Source of the DNA: an uncultured Magnetococcales bacterium
GTDB lineage: Bacteria > Pseudomonadota > Magnetococcia > Magnetococcales > CAYFNE01
Length of the DNA: 64,000 bases
Assembly: GCA_964344355.1 (NCBI GenBank)
Contig: CAYFNE010000007.1
Span: 7,225-71,224 of the forward strand
Direction: 5' to 3'
The notes beneath the pieces were generated by a model. That model saw nothing but the letters and a program-made list of their open reading frames with translations, was not told the DNA's origin and did not search any database. How positions within the stretch are numbered: the first letter of the stretch is position 1; the number at the start of each line of letters is the position of its first letter. This document shows, piece by piece, positions 9,561 to 17,663 of the stretch. The position numbers were made by a program, and so were the translations under genes.

Positions 9561-10187
9561 ATGATTTTCAATGGTATTGACGGGAAAGGCGAAAAAGGGA
9601 ACATGAATGGTCTCGATACCTTCATGAACGGCGAGGAGCCGTCTCGTCAGTCAGCGGCATTGGCGGCGATTCTGGCCGCTCCCCAGTTTCCCGAGAGTGA
9701 TCTGGCCACCTTGCGGCGCATGGATCCGGACATTCCGTCAGACCTGGTTTTTTTGCGGCTCATGTCCACCAACGGATTGTTGCGCAACTGGTCGCCGGCC
9801 GCCAGTGCCTCCTGGGAGAGCCGTTGGGGATTGATCCTGCACGGATTGGCCGTCATGACCCGGGAACGGCGGGCCGCCCATGATCCCGACCTGCCGTTCG
9901 GCGCCGCCCTGATGCGGGCCGGATATGATGAAAACCGTCTCAACCGCCTTCTTCGGGCCAGGGGGGTGACCTTGCGGACCCTGTTGATGCAATCCTGGCA
10001 ATTCATGGCCCGGAAGGGGATATCGTTCGACTGGTCGACGGTGACGACCCTGATTTTGGCCGAGGATCACAACCCGGAACGGTTGGAACGGGCGCGCCAG
10101 GAGATCGCCCGGGACTATTATCGGGCCGACCACCAGGCCGGTCTGTCGGGGTCGCTTCCGGCAATGGATAACGGCAACCGGGGCTGA
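9561..10187 (+). CDS. Hypothetical protein, Cse2/CasB-like (type I-E Cascade small-subunit-like), orphan
   Basis: 208-aa ORF (or 194 aa from ATG 9603). The by-eye motif order parallels CasB/Cse2: LATLRRMDPDIPSDLVFLRL, PFGAALMRAGYDENRLNRLLRA, ISFDWSTVTTLIL, ARDYYRA. The confidence value is for the family call. That it is a real CDS is more likely, about 0.75. Confidence 0.5.
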   Translation: MIFNGIDGKGEKGNMNGLDTFMNGEEPSRQSAALAAILAAPQFPESDLATLRRMDPDIPSDLVFLRLMSTNGLLRNWSPAASASWESRWGLILHGLAVMTRERRAAHDPDLPFGAALMRAGYDENRLNRLLRARGVTLRTLLMQSWQFMARKGISFDWSTVTTLILAEDHNPERLERARQEIARDYYRADHQAGLSGSLPAMDNGNRG

Positions 10188-10375
10188 ACCCCGCTCCTTC
10201 CGCCGGTCCGGGGAAACCGTTTTGTTCCCGGGGTCATCGTCCCCTTTCCATGAACGCGCGATTGTGGATCGATGGTGTGGAAACCATACCGGACCACGAT
10301 CCGCCGCATCCCGTCTCTTTCCAGACATTTCCCGTCCTTCTCCCGGTCCGCGGTCGGGATAGCCGGCCTTTCGGG

Positions 10376-10391
10376 TGGCATGGAACCTGCT
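10376..10391 (+). promoter_or_regulatory. Candidate sigma-54 (-24/-12) promoter for the 10.6-20.3 kb operon
   Basis: TGGCATGgaacCTGCT versus consensus TGGCACG-N4-TTGCW, matching 10 of 12 specified positions. GG (10377-78) and GC (10389-90) have the canonical 12-nt register. Lies 179 nt upstream of ATG 10570. Confidence 0.5.
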
Positions 10392-10569
10392 TTGATTGTT
10401 TCCGTTCAACAATATGACCTTCCACCGGGGCGGTTCGGCAATATTTGCCCGGTTCCCCCCAGGAAATAGGTGCCCATCTCCCCAACAGGAAGGGGTTGGA
10501 ATATTTCAACGAGCCGCCGTGAAAAATACCGATACCGTACAAACCGATTCCAACCGTTCCCAAGGTGAA

Positions 10570-12573
10570 ATGCCGATCAAGGAGATGCTCAATCGGGCCA
10601 TCCACCTGCACCGCGAGGGAAACCCGCAGGAGGCGGTGCGGATTTATGATCAGTGTCTCTCCACCGGTAGCCAGGATGCCAATCTGCTCTATTTGCGCGG
10701 ATCGGCCGCCTTGGACCTCAGAAAACCTCAGGAGGCGGTCACTTTTCTCAGTGCCGCCGTGGCGAAACAACCCGGTGTGGTCACGTTTCAGGAGGCATTG
10801 GCCGCCGCCCTGTTGGCCAGTGGCAACCTGAATGCCGCCGCTCCCCGTTATGAGGAGGCCCTGCGGCTGGAACCCGAGAACGTTTCACTCCTGTTTCAAC
10901 TGGGATGCGTCCTGGTGGACCAGGGGAAAAACGAGGAAGCGGTCGAAAAACTGATCCTGGCGCTCAATCTCTTGAATCAAAGCCGGGATCCGATCAATCA
11001 ACGGCTCCGGGCCTTGGAGCCGAATCCCATCCGGATCGGCGCCTATAAAAAGTTGGCACAGATCAACGCCAAACTCGATAAACGGGTTTTTGAACAACAT
11101 TTTCTTCGGTTGCACAAACACCACGACCCCCGGGAAAAGGCGCCCAATGATTCCAGCTCCGTGGATATGCTCTTTTTGGATGCCAAAATGGCCCTGGAGA
11201 CCGCCCGAAAACAGAACCGCATTCAGCAGACGATTTATATCACCGCCTTGCAGGTTTGTTATTACCTGGGGGAGCCCATTGCCGATGCACCGGAAAATTT
11301 GATCTGCCTGCCGAGAAAAAAGTTGGCCGAATTTTTGACCACCACCCGGATACGGCGTCCGCGGGCGGTCTATTTCGATCCGGCGCGGCCCGATCAGGAG
11401 GCCATTGCCTGGAAAGTGGCCGAAATACTGGAATATATCTATCTGCTCAATCAAAAGACCGGAAACAATTATCTATTGCGAAATCGGGATCTTGAGCCGG
11501 TCCTCAAATCCGGCGAGCCGCTGCGTTTTTTTCTCGGGGCCTCGCGGCGGACGGTGGTGATGCAATACTGTTCGAGAAATCTGGCCAAGGCCCTGGAGCG
11601 GCAGGGTTGTCAGGTCAAATTTCTGATCGAGGAAAATGATCTGGAAGAGGTGGGCTTTCATACCGTCATGCAGGAATACCACGCCTTCAATCCCCACGCC
11701 GTGGTCAACATCAACCATCTCAACAATCTCTGGCTCCATCCCGACGTCTACAATATCACCTGGTGGCAGGATTTCATGCCGACCTTGACCGATCCCAAAC
11801 CCATGCCCTGGCGGGAGCGTGATATCGCCCTGGCCGCCGATCCGAATCTCATCCCCTATCTGGAAAAGACCGGCGCCAAGGATGTTCAGCGCCAGGAGTT
11901 TTGTGTGGATACCCATCTGTTCCGTAGCCGCACTCCCTGGCGGGAGCGTCGCAAGGTGGTGTTCATCGGCGGTTCCTATCTCCACCGTTTGAGCCGCTCT
12001 GCCGGTGAAATCGCAGTGATCCGGGGGGTTAATGAGAGAATGGAAGCCGGTGAACGGGTAACCCGGGAGTTTTTGCAGGAGATGGTTGATCGGTCCGGTC
12101 TGTCATTGCAACAAGGGTTCGAGTTGGGACCGGCCTTGACCTTTGTCGTACGTCAAACCGCCGTCGAATGGTCATGCCTGTTGGCCCCGGAAATGGGTCT
12201 GGAAGTGGAGGTGTATGGTCGGCTTTGGGAACAAAATCCCATTGTTAAACCCTATTTCAAGGGCGAACTGCCCCACGGCGAGGCGGTGGCCGAAGTCTAT
12301 GATCAGGCCAAATATGCCATTGCGGCCACCCCCTATGTGATCGATAGTCAACGGCTGTCGGAAATTTCCGCCTGCGGTGCGGTACCATTGATCTATGATT
12401 CCCGGCACCTGGCCCAAAAACCCCACTGGGACGAGGAGTGCCTGTGGTTTCACTCCCGGGAGACGTTCAAAGCCTGTTTGAACAAACGGCCGGTTAAGGA
12501 TCCCGGCATCATCGCCCGGACCCACTCCTATGATGCCTTCGCCCGGCGGATCCTGGAATGGGTGCGTCGATGA
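10570..12573 (+). CDS. TPR-repeat protein with C-terminal CgeB/GT1-like glycosyltransferase domain
   Basis: ORF track starts at TTG 10396. I prefer ATG 10570 (MPIKEMLNRAIHLHREGNPQEAVRIYDQCL, a typical TPR start) because the sigma-54-like element would place the transcription start near 10400. C-terminal half (RFFLGASRRTVVMQYCSRNLAKALERQGCQVKF...VVFIGGSY...PYVIDSQRLSEISACGAVPLIYD) looks like a CgeB-type glycosyltransferase. Confidence 0.75.
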   Translation: MPIKEMLNRAIHLHREGNPQEAVRIYDQCLSTGSQDANLLYLRGSAALDLRKPQEAVTFLSAAVAKQPGVVTFQEALAAALLASGNLNAAAPRYEEALRLEPENVSLLFQLGCVLVDQGKNEEAVEKLILALNLLNQSRDPINQRLRALEPNPIRIGAYKKLAQINAKLDKRVFEQHFLRLHKHHDPREKAPNDSSSVDMLFLDAKMALETARKQNRIQQTIYITALQVCYYLGEPIADAPENLICLPRKKLAEFLTTTRIRRPRAVYFDPARPDQEAIAWKVAEILEYIYLLNQKTGNNYLLRNRDLEPVLKSGEPLRFFLGASRRTVVMQYCSRNLAKALERQGCQVKFLIEENDLEEVGFHTVMQEYHAFNPHAVVNINHLNNLWLHPDVYNITWWQDFMPTLTDPKPMPWRERDIALAADPNLIPYLEKTGAKDVQRQEFCVDTHLFRSRTPWRERRKVVFIGGSYLHRLSRSAGEIAVIRGVNERMEAGERVTREFLQEMVDRSGLSLQQGFELGPALTFVVRQTAVEWSCLLAPEMGLEVEVYGRLWEQNPIVKPYFKGELPHGEAVAEVYDQAKYAIAATPYVIDSQRLSEISACGAVPLIYDSRHLAQKPHWDEECLWFHSRETFKACLNKRPVKDPGIIARTHSYDAFARRILEWVRR

Positions 12574-13544
12574 ACGCGCCCACCGGGGCGCTGGTCGGTC
12601 GACCCGCCGAGGATTTCGTTGAATCCTATCTGGGTTGGCCGTTGGCGACCCTGCTGAAATTTCCCAAATATATCACCCTGGAGGTGATCAACCGCTGCAA
12701 TGCCGCCTGCATCATGTGCGGCATCGATTTTTCCATCAAGGAAAAGGCGGTCTTGTCTCCGGAGTTGCTCGCACGTCTGGCCGACGAGTTGGGTGAATGG
12801 CGGGATCATGTGGAAAAGGTGATCATCGCCCTGGATGGCGAACCGCTGTTGGACAACCAGGTTCACGAAAAAGTCCGGGTGCTCAAACGGGCCGGCCTGA
12901 GACGGGTCAATGTCACCACCAACGCCAGCCTGCTCTCCCGGGATCGGGCCAGGGCGCTCATTGAAGCGGGTACCGATGAGATCTACATCACCATCGACTC
13001 CCTGAAAAAAGAGATTTACGAGTCCATCCGCAAAAAGCTCGATTTCGATACCGTCCATGGCAACACCATCGAACTGGTCAAGTTGCGTGATGAACTGGGC
13101 GCGGACCTGACCATTCGCGTCTTGATGGTGCAACAGGCCCTGAACCGGGAGGAGGGGGAGGCGTTCAAACGGTACTGGCGGGGAATTCTTTCCGACCGTG
13201 ACCAGATCGCCGTGCAAAGGGCTCACAACTGGGCCAGAAACGCCGATGTCATGACCTTCGGCGATGAACCGGAAATCAACAATATTCCCTGTATCTCCCT
13301 GTGGGGGACGTTGGGAATCCATGCCGATGGCCGGGTGGGGTTGTGCTGTATGGATACCACCTGTGTCCATCCATTGGGCGATTTGAATCACGACACCCTG
13401 GAGGACATCTGGAAATCCCCGGCGATGGCGCGTGCCCGCCGGTTGCATCTTCAGGGGAGACGGGCGGAAATCCCCATCTGTGACGGGTGTACGGTCTGGC
13501 GGGTGGCAAAACGGGAACTGGCTGATACGGGAGGGCCGGGATGA
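12558..13544 (+). CDS. Radical SAM enzyme with SPASM/twitch-type auxiliary cluster domain
   Basis: CxxxCxxC = CNAACIMC. C-terminal C-x13-G-x4-C (CISLWGTLGIHADGRVGLC) plus CDGC. Alternative start ATG 12570 forms an ATGA overlap with the upstream stop. Confidence 0.85.
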   Translation: MGASMNAPTGALVGRPAEDFVESYLGWPLATLLKFPKYITLEVINRCNAACIMCGIDFSIKEKAVLSPELLARLADELGEWRDHVEKVIIALDGEPLLDNQVHEKVRVLKRAGLRRVNVTTNASLLSRDRARALIEAGTDEIYITIDSLKKEIYESIRKKLDFDTVHGNTIELVKLRDELGADLTIRVLMVQQALNREEGEAFKRYWRGILSDRDQIAVQRAHNWARNADVMTFGDEPEINNIPCISLWGTLGIHADGRVGLCCMDTTCVHPLGDLNHDTLEDIWKSPAMARARRLHLQGRRAEIPICDGCTVWRVAKRELADTGGPG

Positions 13545-13568
13545 GTATCGCGCTCCGGGATCGGGACA

Positions 13569-15500
13569 ATGGCTGAACAACTCTACAAGGTGGATCACAT
13601 CATCGACGACGCCTTCGACAATGGGCCGTTCATGGACCATTGCCGGCAATTGCGGCGACGGTTCGCCCTGCGGCCCCGGGTGCTGTTGGTGCAGGTGCCG
13701 CAAATTCCCCTCAACACCTTTGACCCGGTCATCGCCCGTAAACGGGGGTACTACAATTTTCCCCCCACCGGTCTGCAATATCTCCATGAACGGGTCAACG
13801 ACCTGGGCCTGGAGGTGCGCATTCTCAATCTCAACCTGGAGATATTGAAACGGACCATCGACGATGAAACGTTTCACTTCAGTCGTTGGCTGGACATCCT
13901 GACGGCGGAGTTGGATGCCTTTCGACCATCGGTGGTCGGGGTTTCGTGCATGTTCGATGTCGGCATCGAACCGATGCTGGCCATCCTGGATCATCTGCGG
14001 CAACGGGACGATGCCGTGGTGGTGACCGGCGGTTTGATCGCCACTTATGAATGGCCCCATCTGTTCGAAGCCGGCCGTTGTCATTTCGCCGTCGCCGGCG
14101 AGGGGGAAAACAAATTTCGCTTTTTGCTCGCTTCCCTGTTCGAACTGCCCCGGGCCGAGGCGGTGGCCACGCCGGGAATTCATTTTCAGGGGACCGATGC
14201 GGTGTGCGAAACCCGGGGTCCGGTGGATGTGGTCAATTTCGATCTGAACCTGATCGCCAGTTATGACCAGGTGCGCATCGAAGAACATTGCCGTTACGGA
14301 TCCCTCAATCCCTTTGCCCGCATCGCCGGCATCGAAGACACCCCATTCGCGCCAATCCAGTTCCATCGCGGTTGTCGGGCCCTGTGTACCTTCTGCTCGG
14401 TGCATACCTTCATGGGCCGGGGGGTGCGCAATCGCCGGGTCGAAACGGTCTTCGAAGAGATGACCTTCCTGGTGGAACAGCGGGGCATCCGCCATTTTGA
14501 ATGGTTGGATGATGATCTGCTGTTCCGCAAGGAGGCGTTCAAGGATCTGTTGCGGCGGATGATCGCCAAAAACTGGGGAATCACCTGGTCGGCCAACAAT
14601 GGTTTGATCGCCGCCTCCATCGATGATGAACTGATGGCGTTGGTCCAGGATTCCGGCTGCATCGGCTTGAAGATCGGTTTTGAGACCGGCAACCCGGAAC
14701 TGTTGCGGCAGATCAAAAAACCGGGCGGTACCCTGGAAAAATTTCGTCACTGTTGCGCCGTCGTCAACCGTTATCCCAAGGTATTCACCGGCGCCAACCT
14801 GATCATCGGTTTTCCCGGCGAACGGTTCGAGCAGATCATGGACACCTTTCGCTTTTATCTGGAAAACCGCCTGGACTGGGGGGCCTTCAACGCCTGTCAG
14901 GCCATCCGGGGCGCCAGCGCCTTTGCCGAACATGGCGACTATTTCGAGTCGCAGATGAGTGGTGGCGGCAAAAACATCAAGAATTTCATTCCCGTTCGGG
15001 GTGATGCCAGCGGTCATCTGTTGAGTGGCGAAATGGTGCGGACCGGTCTGGATGTTTTCGACATCGACCCAAAATCCGAGCCCGGGGAGGAGCAGGTCAA
15101 GGAGATCTGGTTCACCTTCAATCTGGTGGCCAACTTCATGTTCAACCGCAACCTGAAGGTGGGCGCCCGGGTGGAAAAATTTATCGCCTGGGTGGAGATG
15201 GCCCAGGTACCCTACCCGGACAATCCATACATGTGCCTGTTTTTGGCCCTGGCCAGGCGGATTGCCGGCCGTGATGGCGTGGAACGGTTGCTGGACACCG
15301 CCCGCCGGGTTCTTGAAGGAAGCGGCTATTGGCGGCAGCGGTTCGCCGAGTTCGATCTCGACCGGGGGATGGCCGATTTTCCCGATGATGGTCGGTCGGC
15401 CCAGGCGCTGGTGGAGGGATTGTGCCGCAACGCCCAAAAACGCTTCGCCCACTGGTTCACCCTGGACCACCCGGCGGCCAACGATGGAGAGGGCCGATGA
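13569..15500 (+). CDS. B12-binding-domain radical SAM enzyme (class B-like)
   Basis: 643 aa. N-terminal Rossmann-like B12-binding-type region (RVLLVQVP...GLEVRILNLN...VVVTGGLIATY), then the radical SAM motif CRALCTFC. Confidence 0.85.
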   Translation: MAEQLYKVDHIIDDAFDNGPFMDHCRQLRRRFALRPRVLLVQVPQIPLNTFDPVIARKRGYYNFPPTGLQYLHERVNDLGLEVRILNLNLEILKRTIDDETFHFSRWLDILTAELDAFRPSVVGVSCMFDVGIEPMLAILDHLRQRDDAVVVTGGLIATYEWPHLFEAGRCHFAVAGEGENKFRFLLASLFELPRAEAVATPGIHFQGTDAVCETRGPVDVVNFDLNLIASYDQVRIEEHCRYGSLNPFARIAGIEDTPFAPIQFHRGCRALCTFCSVHTFMGRGVRNRRVETVFEEMTFLVEQRGIRHFEWLDDDLLFRKEAFKDLLRRMIAKNWGITWSANNGLIAASIDDELMALVQDSGCIGLKIGFETGNPELLRQIKKPGGTLEKFRHCCAVVNRYPKVFTGANLIIGFPGERFEQIMDTFRFYLENRLDWGAFNACQAIRGASAFAEHGDYFESQMSGGGKNIKNFIPVRGDASGHLLSGEMVRTGLDVFDIDPKSEPGEEQVKEIWFTFNLVANFMFNRNLKVGARVEKFIAWVEMAQVPYPDNPYMCLFLALARRIAGRDGVERLLDTARRVLEGSGYWRQRFAEFDLDRGMADFPDDGRSAQALVEGLCRNAQKRFAHWFTLDHPAANDGEGR

Positions 15501-16558
15501 GCAAGGCACCCAAGGTATTGATCGGCGGCGGCAAACTGGCTGCCAACCCGGACTATTTCAAGGCGTGGCGGCAGGGGAAAAATCCCGGTCCCCTGGTGGT
15601 GGAGGCGGGCATCGTCAATGGTTGCAACCACAACTGTCTGCACTGTGATTTTCAACAGTTCGAACCCTACGGCGACCGGAAAGGGTTCATTGACGCCGAT
15701 CTGTTTCAGACCTTTTTGCGGGATTTCGCCGGCATGGGCGGCATCGAGGTGTTTTTTGCCGGCAGCGGCGAACCCCTGCTGCATCCCAAATTCGCCGATT
15801 TCGTCAAACTGGCCAACGAACTCGGCTTGAGTTGCACCCTGAGCAGCAACGGCCAGATGCTCAACCGGAAAAATGCCGAAAAAATCCTGCCCTACCTGAA
15901 ATGGATCCGCTGTTCGGTCAATGGTGGTGACGCCAAAACCTATGCCGCCATCCATCGTTGCGGCGAAAAGGAGTTCGACCGTCTGGCGCGGAACCTGGAG
16001 ACGGCGATCAGGATACGCGATGCCGGCGGTCATGAGGCGCGGATCTCCATTCAATATATTTTGTACGATCTCAATTTCGATACCATCGCCGGGGTGGTGG
16101 ACCTGCATGAACGGGCCGGCACCGATCTGCTGGTGTTTCGCAACCGTCTGGACAAGGATGGCGGTAAAAACCGGCTGCCGGAAACGGTACTGCGGCGTTT
16201 GCGCCGGTTGGAGGTCGAACGGGATCGGGTGGAGGTGCGCTGGAACGATTTTCCCGATCAGCCCGATCTACCCACCTGGAGCCGCTGTTACGGACCCAAC
16301 TTTCGCATCAACCTCGACGCCTCGGGCAACATCATCCCCTGCGCCCGGGATTTTTATATCCCCAGTAAGGTGGGCAATATCAACACCGACCGTTTTCCGG
16401 ATATCTGGCGCTCGGAAAAACGGCGGCAGGTCTACCGTCAGATCACCAGTGGACGGGATATTCCCATCTGCGGCAAATGGTGCCAGGTCGCATTTGACAA
16501 CATCTATGTGCAGGGATGGCTGGACAGCCATCCCCTGGAGGAGATTCAACATGGCTGA
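15497..16558 (+). CDS. Radical SAM enzyme with SPASM/twitch-type auxiliary cluster domain (paralog-like to 12558..13544)
   Basis: ORF track 15422..16558. Start set to ATG 15497 (MSKAPKVLIGG), an ATGA overlap with the upstream stop. CNHNCLHC motif. C-terminal C-x13-G-x4-C (CYGPNFRINLDASGNIIPC) plus CGKWC. Confidence 0.85.
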   Translation: MSKAPKVLIGGGKLAANPDYFKAWRQGKNPGPLVVEAGIVNGCNHNCLHCDFQQFEPYGDRKGFIDADLFQTFLRDFAGMGGIEVFFAGSGEPLLHPKFADFVKLANELGLSCTLSSNGQMLNRKNAEKILPYLKWIRCSVNGGDAKTYAAIHRCGEKEFDRLARNLETAIRIRDAGGHEARISIQYILYDLNFDTIAGVVDLHERAGTDLLVFRNRLDKDGGKNRLPETVLRRLRRLEVERDRVEVRWNDFPDQPDLPTWSRCYGPNFRINLDASGNIIPCARDFYIPSKVGNINTDRFPDIWRSEKRRQVYRQITSGRDIPICGKWCQVAFDNIYVQGWLDSHPLEEIQHG

Positions 16559-17663
16559 ACCGGCTATCAACTGGTGGAACGTCGAAGTCGGCGAGGAGGC
16601 CGCGCCGCGCATCGTCGATGCCATCGCCAAGGGTCATATCAGTCAGGGGCCGGTTACCGCCGAGTTCGAGAGCGCCCTGGCCGCTTTGTTGAACGTGCCG
16701 TATGCCGTCTGTACCACCAGCGGTACCATGGCCTTGACCATCTCCCTGTTGGCCCTGGGTATCCAGCCCGGTGATGAAGTGATCATGCCCGACCGGACCT
16801 GGGTGGCCACCGCCAACGCCGCCCTGTTGCTCGGCGCCCGGGTGCGATTGGTGGATGTGCTGCCCGACGGTCCGCCGATCATGGATCATGACCGGATCGA
16901 AGCGGCCATCACCCCGAAAACCCGGGCGATTCTGCCGGTACACCTGAACGGGCGGGCTGTGGCCATGGAGCCGGTATTGACCATCGCCGAAAAACATGGG
17001 TTGGGGGTGGTCGAGGATGCCTGTCCCTCCATCTGTTCCCGCCATCGGGGTCGTTTCGTCGGTACCTTCGGTCGATTCGGCTGTTTTTCCCTGGGCATGG
17101 CCAAACTGCTGGGGACCGGACAGGGGGGGGTGATCGTTTGCCACGATGAGGCCGATTACACCCTGCTGACCCGCATCCGCAACCAGGGATTGAGCGGTTC
17201 GGCCATGAATGAACGGCATGATGTCCGCGGTGGCAACTTTAAATTTACCGATATTCAGGCCGCCCTGGGATTGGCGCAACTCGGTTTGTTGGACAAACGC
17301 ATCGAACATCAAAAGGCCATCCACCAACTCTATCTGGATGGTTTGCGGGGACTCGATGCCGTCACCTTCGTACCGGTGGATATCGAGGCCGGTGAAATAC
17401 CCTTGCGTGCCGATGCCATGAGTCCGGACCGCGACCGTTTCGTGCGCGAGATGGCCGATCGGGGTATCGCCATCGCTCCCCAGTCGCCCAATTTGAGTGA
17501 CTTTCCCTTCATCGCCGACGATGGTCGAACATTTGCCAACGCCAAACGGTTTTCCGATACCATGCTCACCCTGCCGTCGGGTCCCGATCAACCGTTGGTC
17601 AATGTGGAAAAAACGGTTGAAACCATCCGCGCCATCGATCCCCTGTTCAAACGCGCATCGTGA
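16551..17663 (+). CDS. DegT/DnrJ/EryC1/StrS-family PLP-dependent aminotransferase
   Basis: In-frame ATG 16551 (MAEPAINWW...) within ORF-track 15921..17663, with an 8-nt overlap onto the upstream gene. Motifs TTSGTMALTISLLALGIQPGDEVIMP and FSLGMAKLLGTGQGG (PLP-lysine region). Confidence 0.9.
   Translation: MAEPAINWWNVEVGEEAAPRIVDAIAKGHISQGPVTAEFESALAALLNVPYAVCTTSGTMALTISLLALGIQPGDEVIMPDRTWVATANAALLLGARVRLVDVLPDGPPIMDHDRIEAAITPKTRAILPVHLNGRAVAMEPVLTIAEKHGLGVVEDACPSICSRHRGRFVGTFGRFGCFSLGMAKLLGTGQGGVIVCHDEADYTLLTRIRNQGLSGSAMNERHDVRGGNFKFTDIQAALGLAQLGLLDKRIEHQKAIHQLYLDGLRGLDAVTFVPVDIEAGEIPLRADAMSPDRDRFVREMADRGIAIAPQSPNLSDFPFIADDGRTFANAKRFSDTMLTLPSGPDQPLVNVEKTVETIRAIDPLFKRAS

Noticed and set aside
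12528-15509. 993-aa minus-strand ORF spanning the radical-SAM genes
   Set aside because: It lies antisense to two plus-strand genes that carry clear CxxxCxxC, SPASM and B12-domain motifs. Its translation is low-complexity (G/P/H/Q/D/R-rich) with no recognisable motif. This is a typical shadow ORF of a GC-rich sequence.
12558-16558. Reading the radical-SAM/SPASM trio as a RiPP (peptide natural product) cluster
   Set aside because: There is no small precursor ORF, protease or exporter adjacent. The neighbours are sugar-type enzymes (DegT aminotransferase, C-methyltransferase-like, WbuC, glycosyltransferases). It cannot be fully excluded without homology searches.
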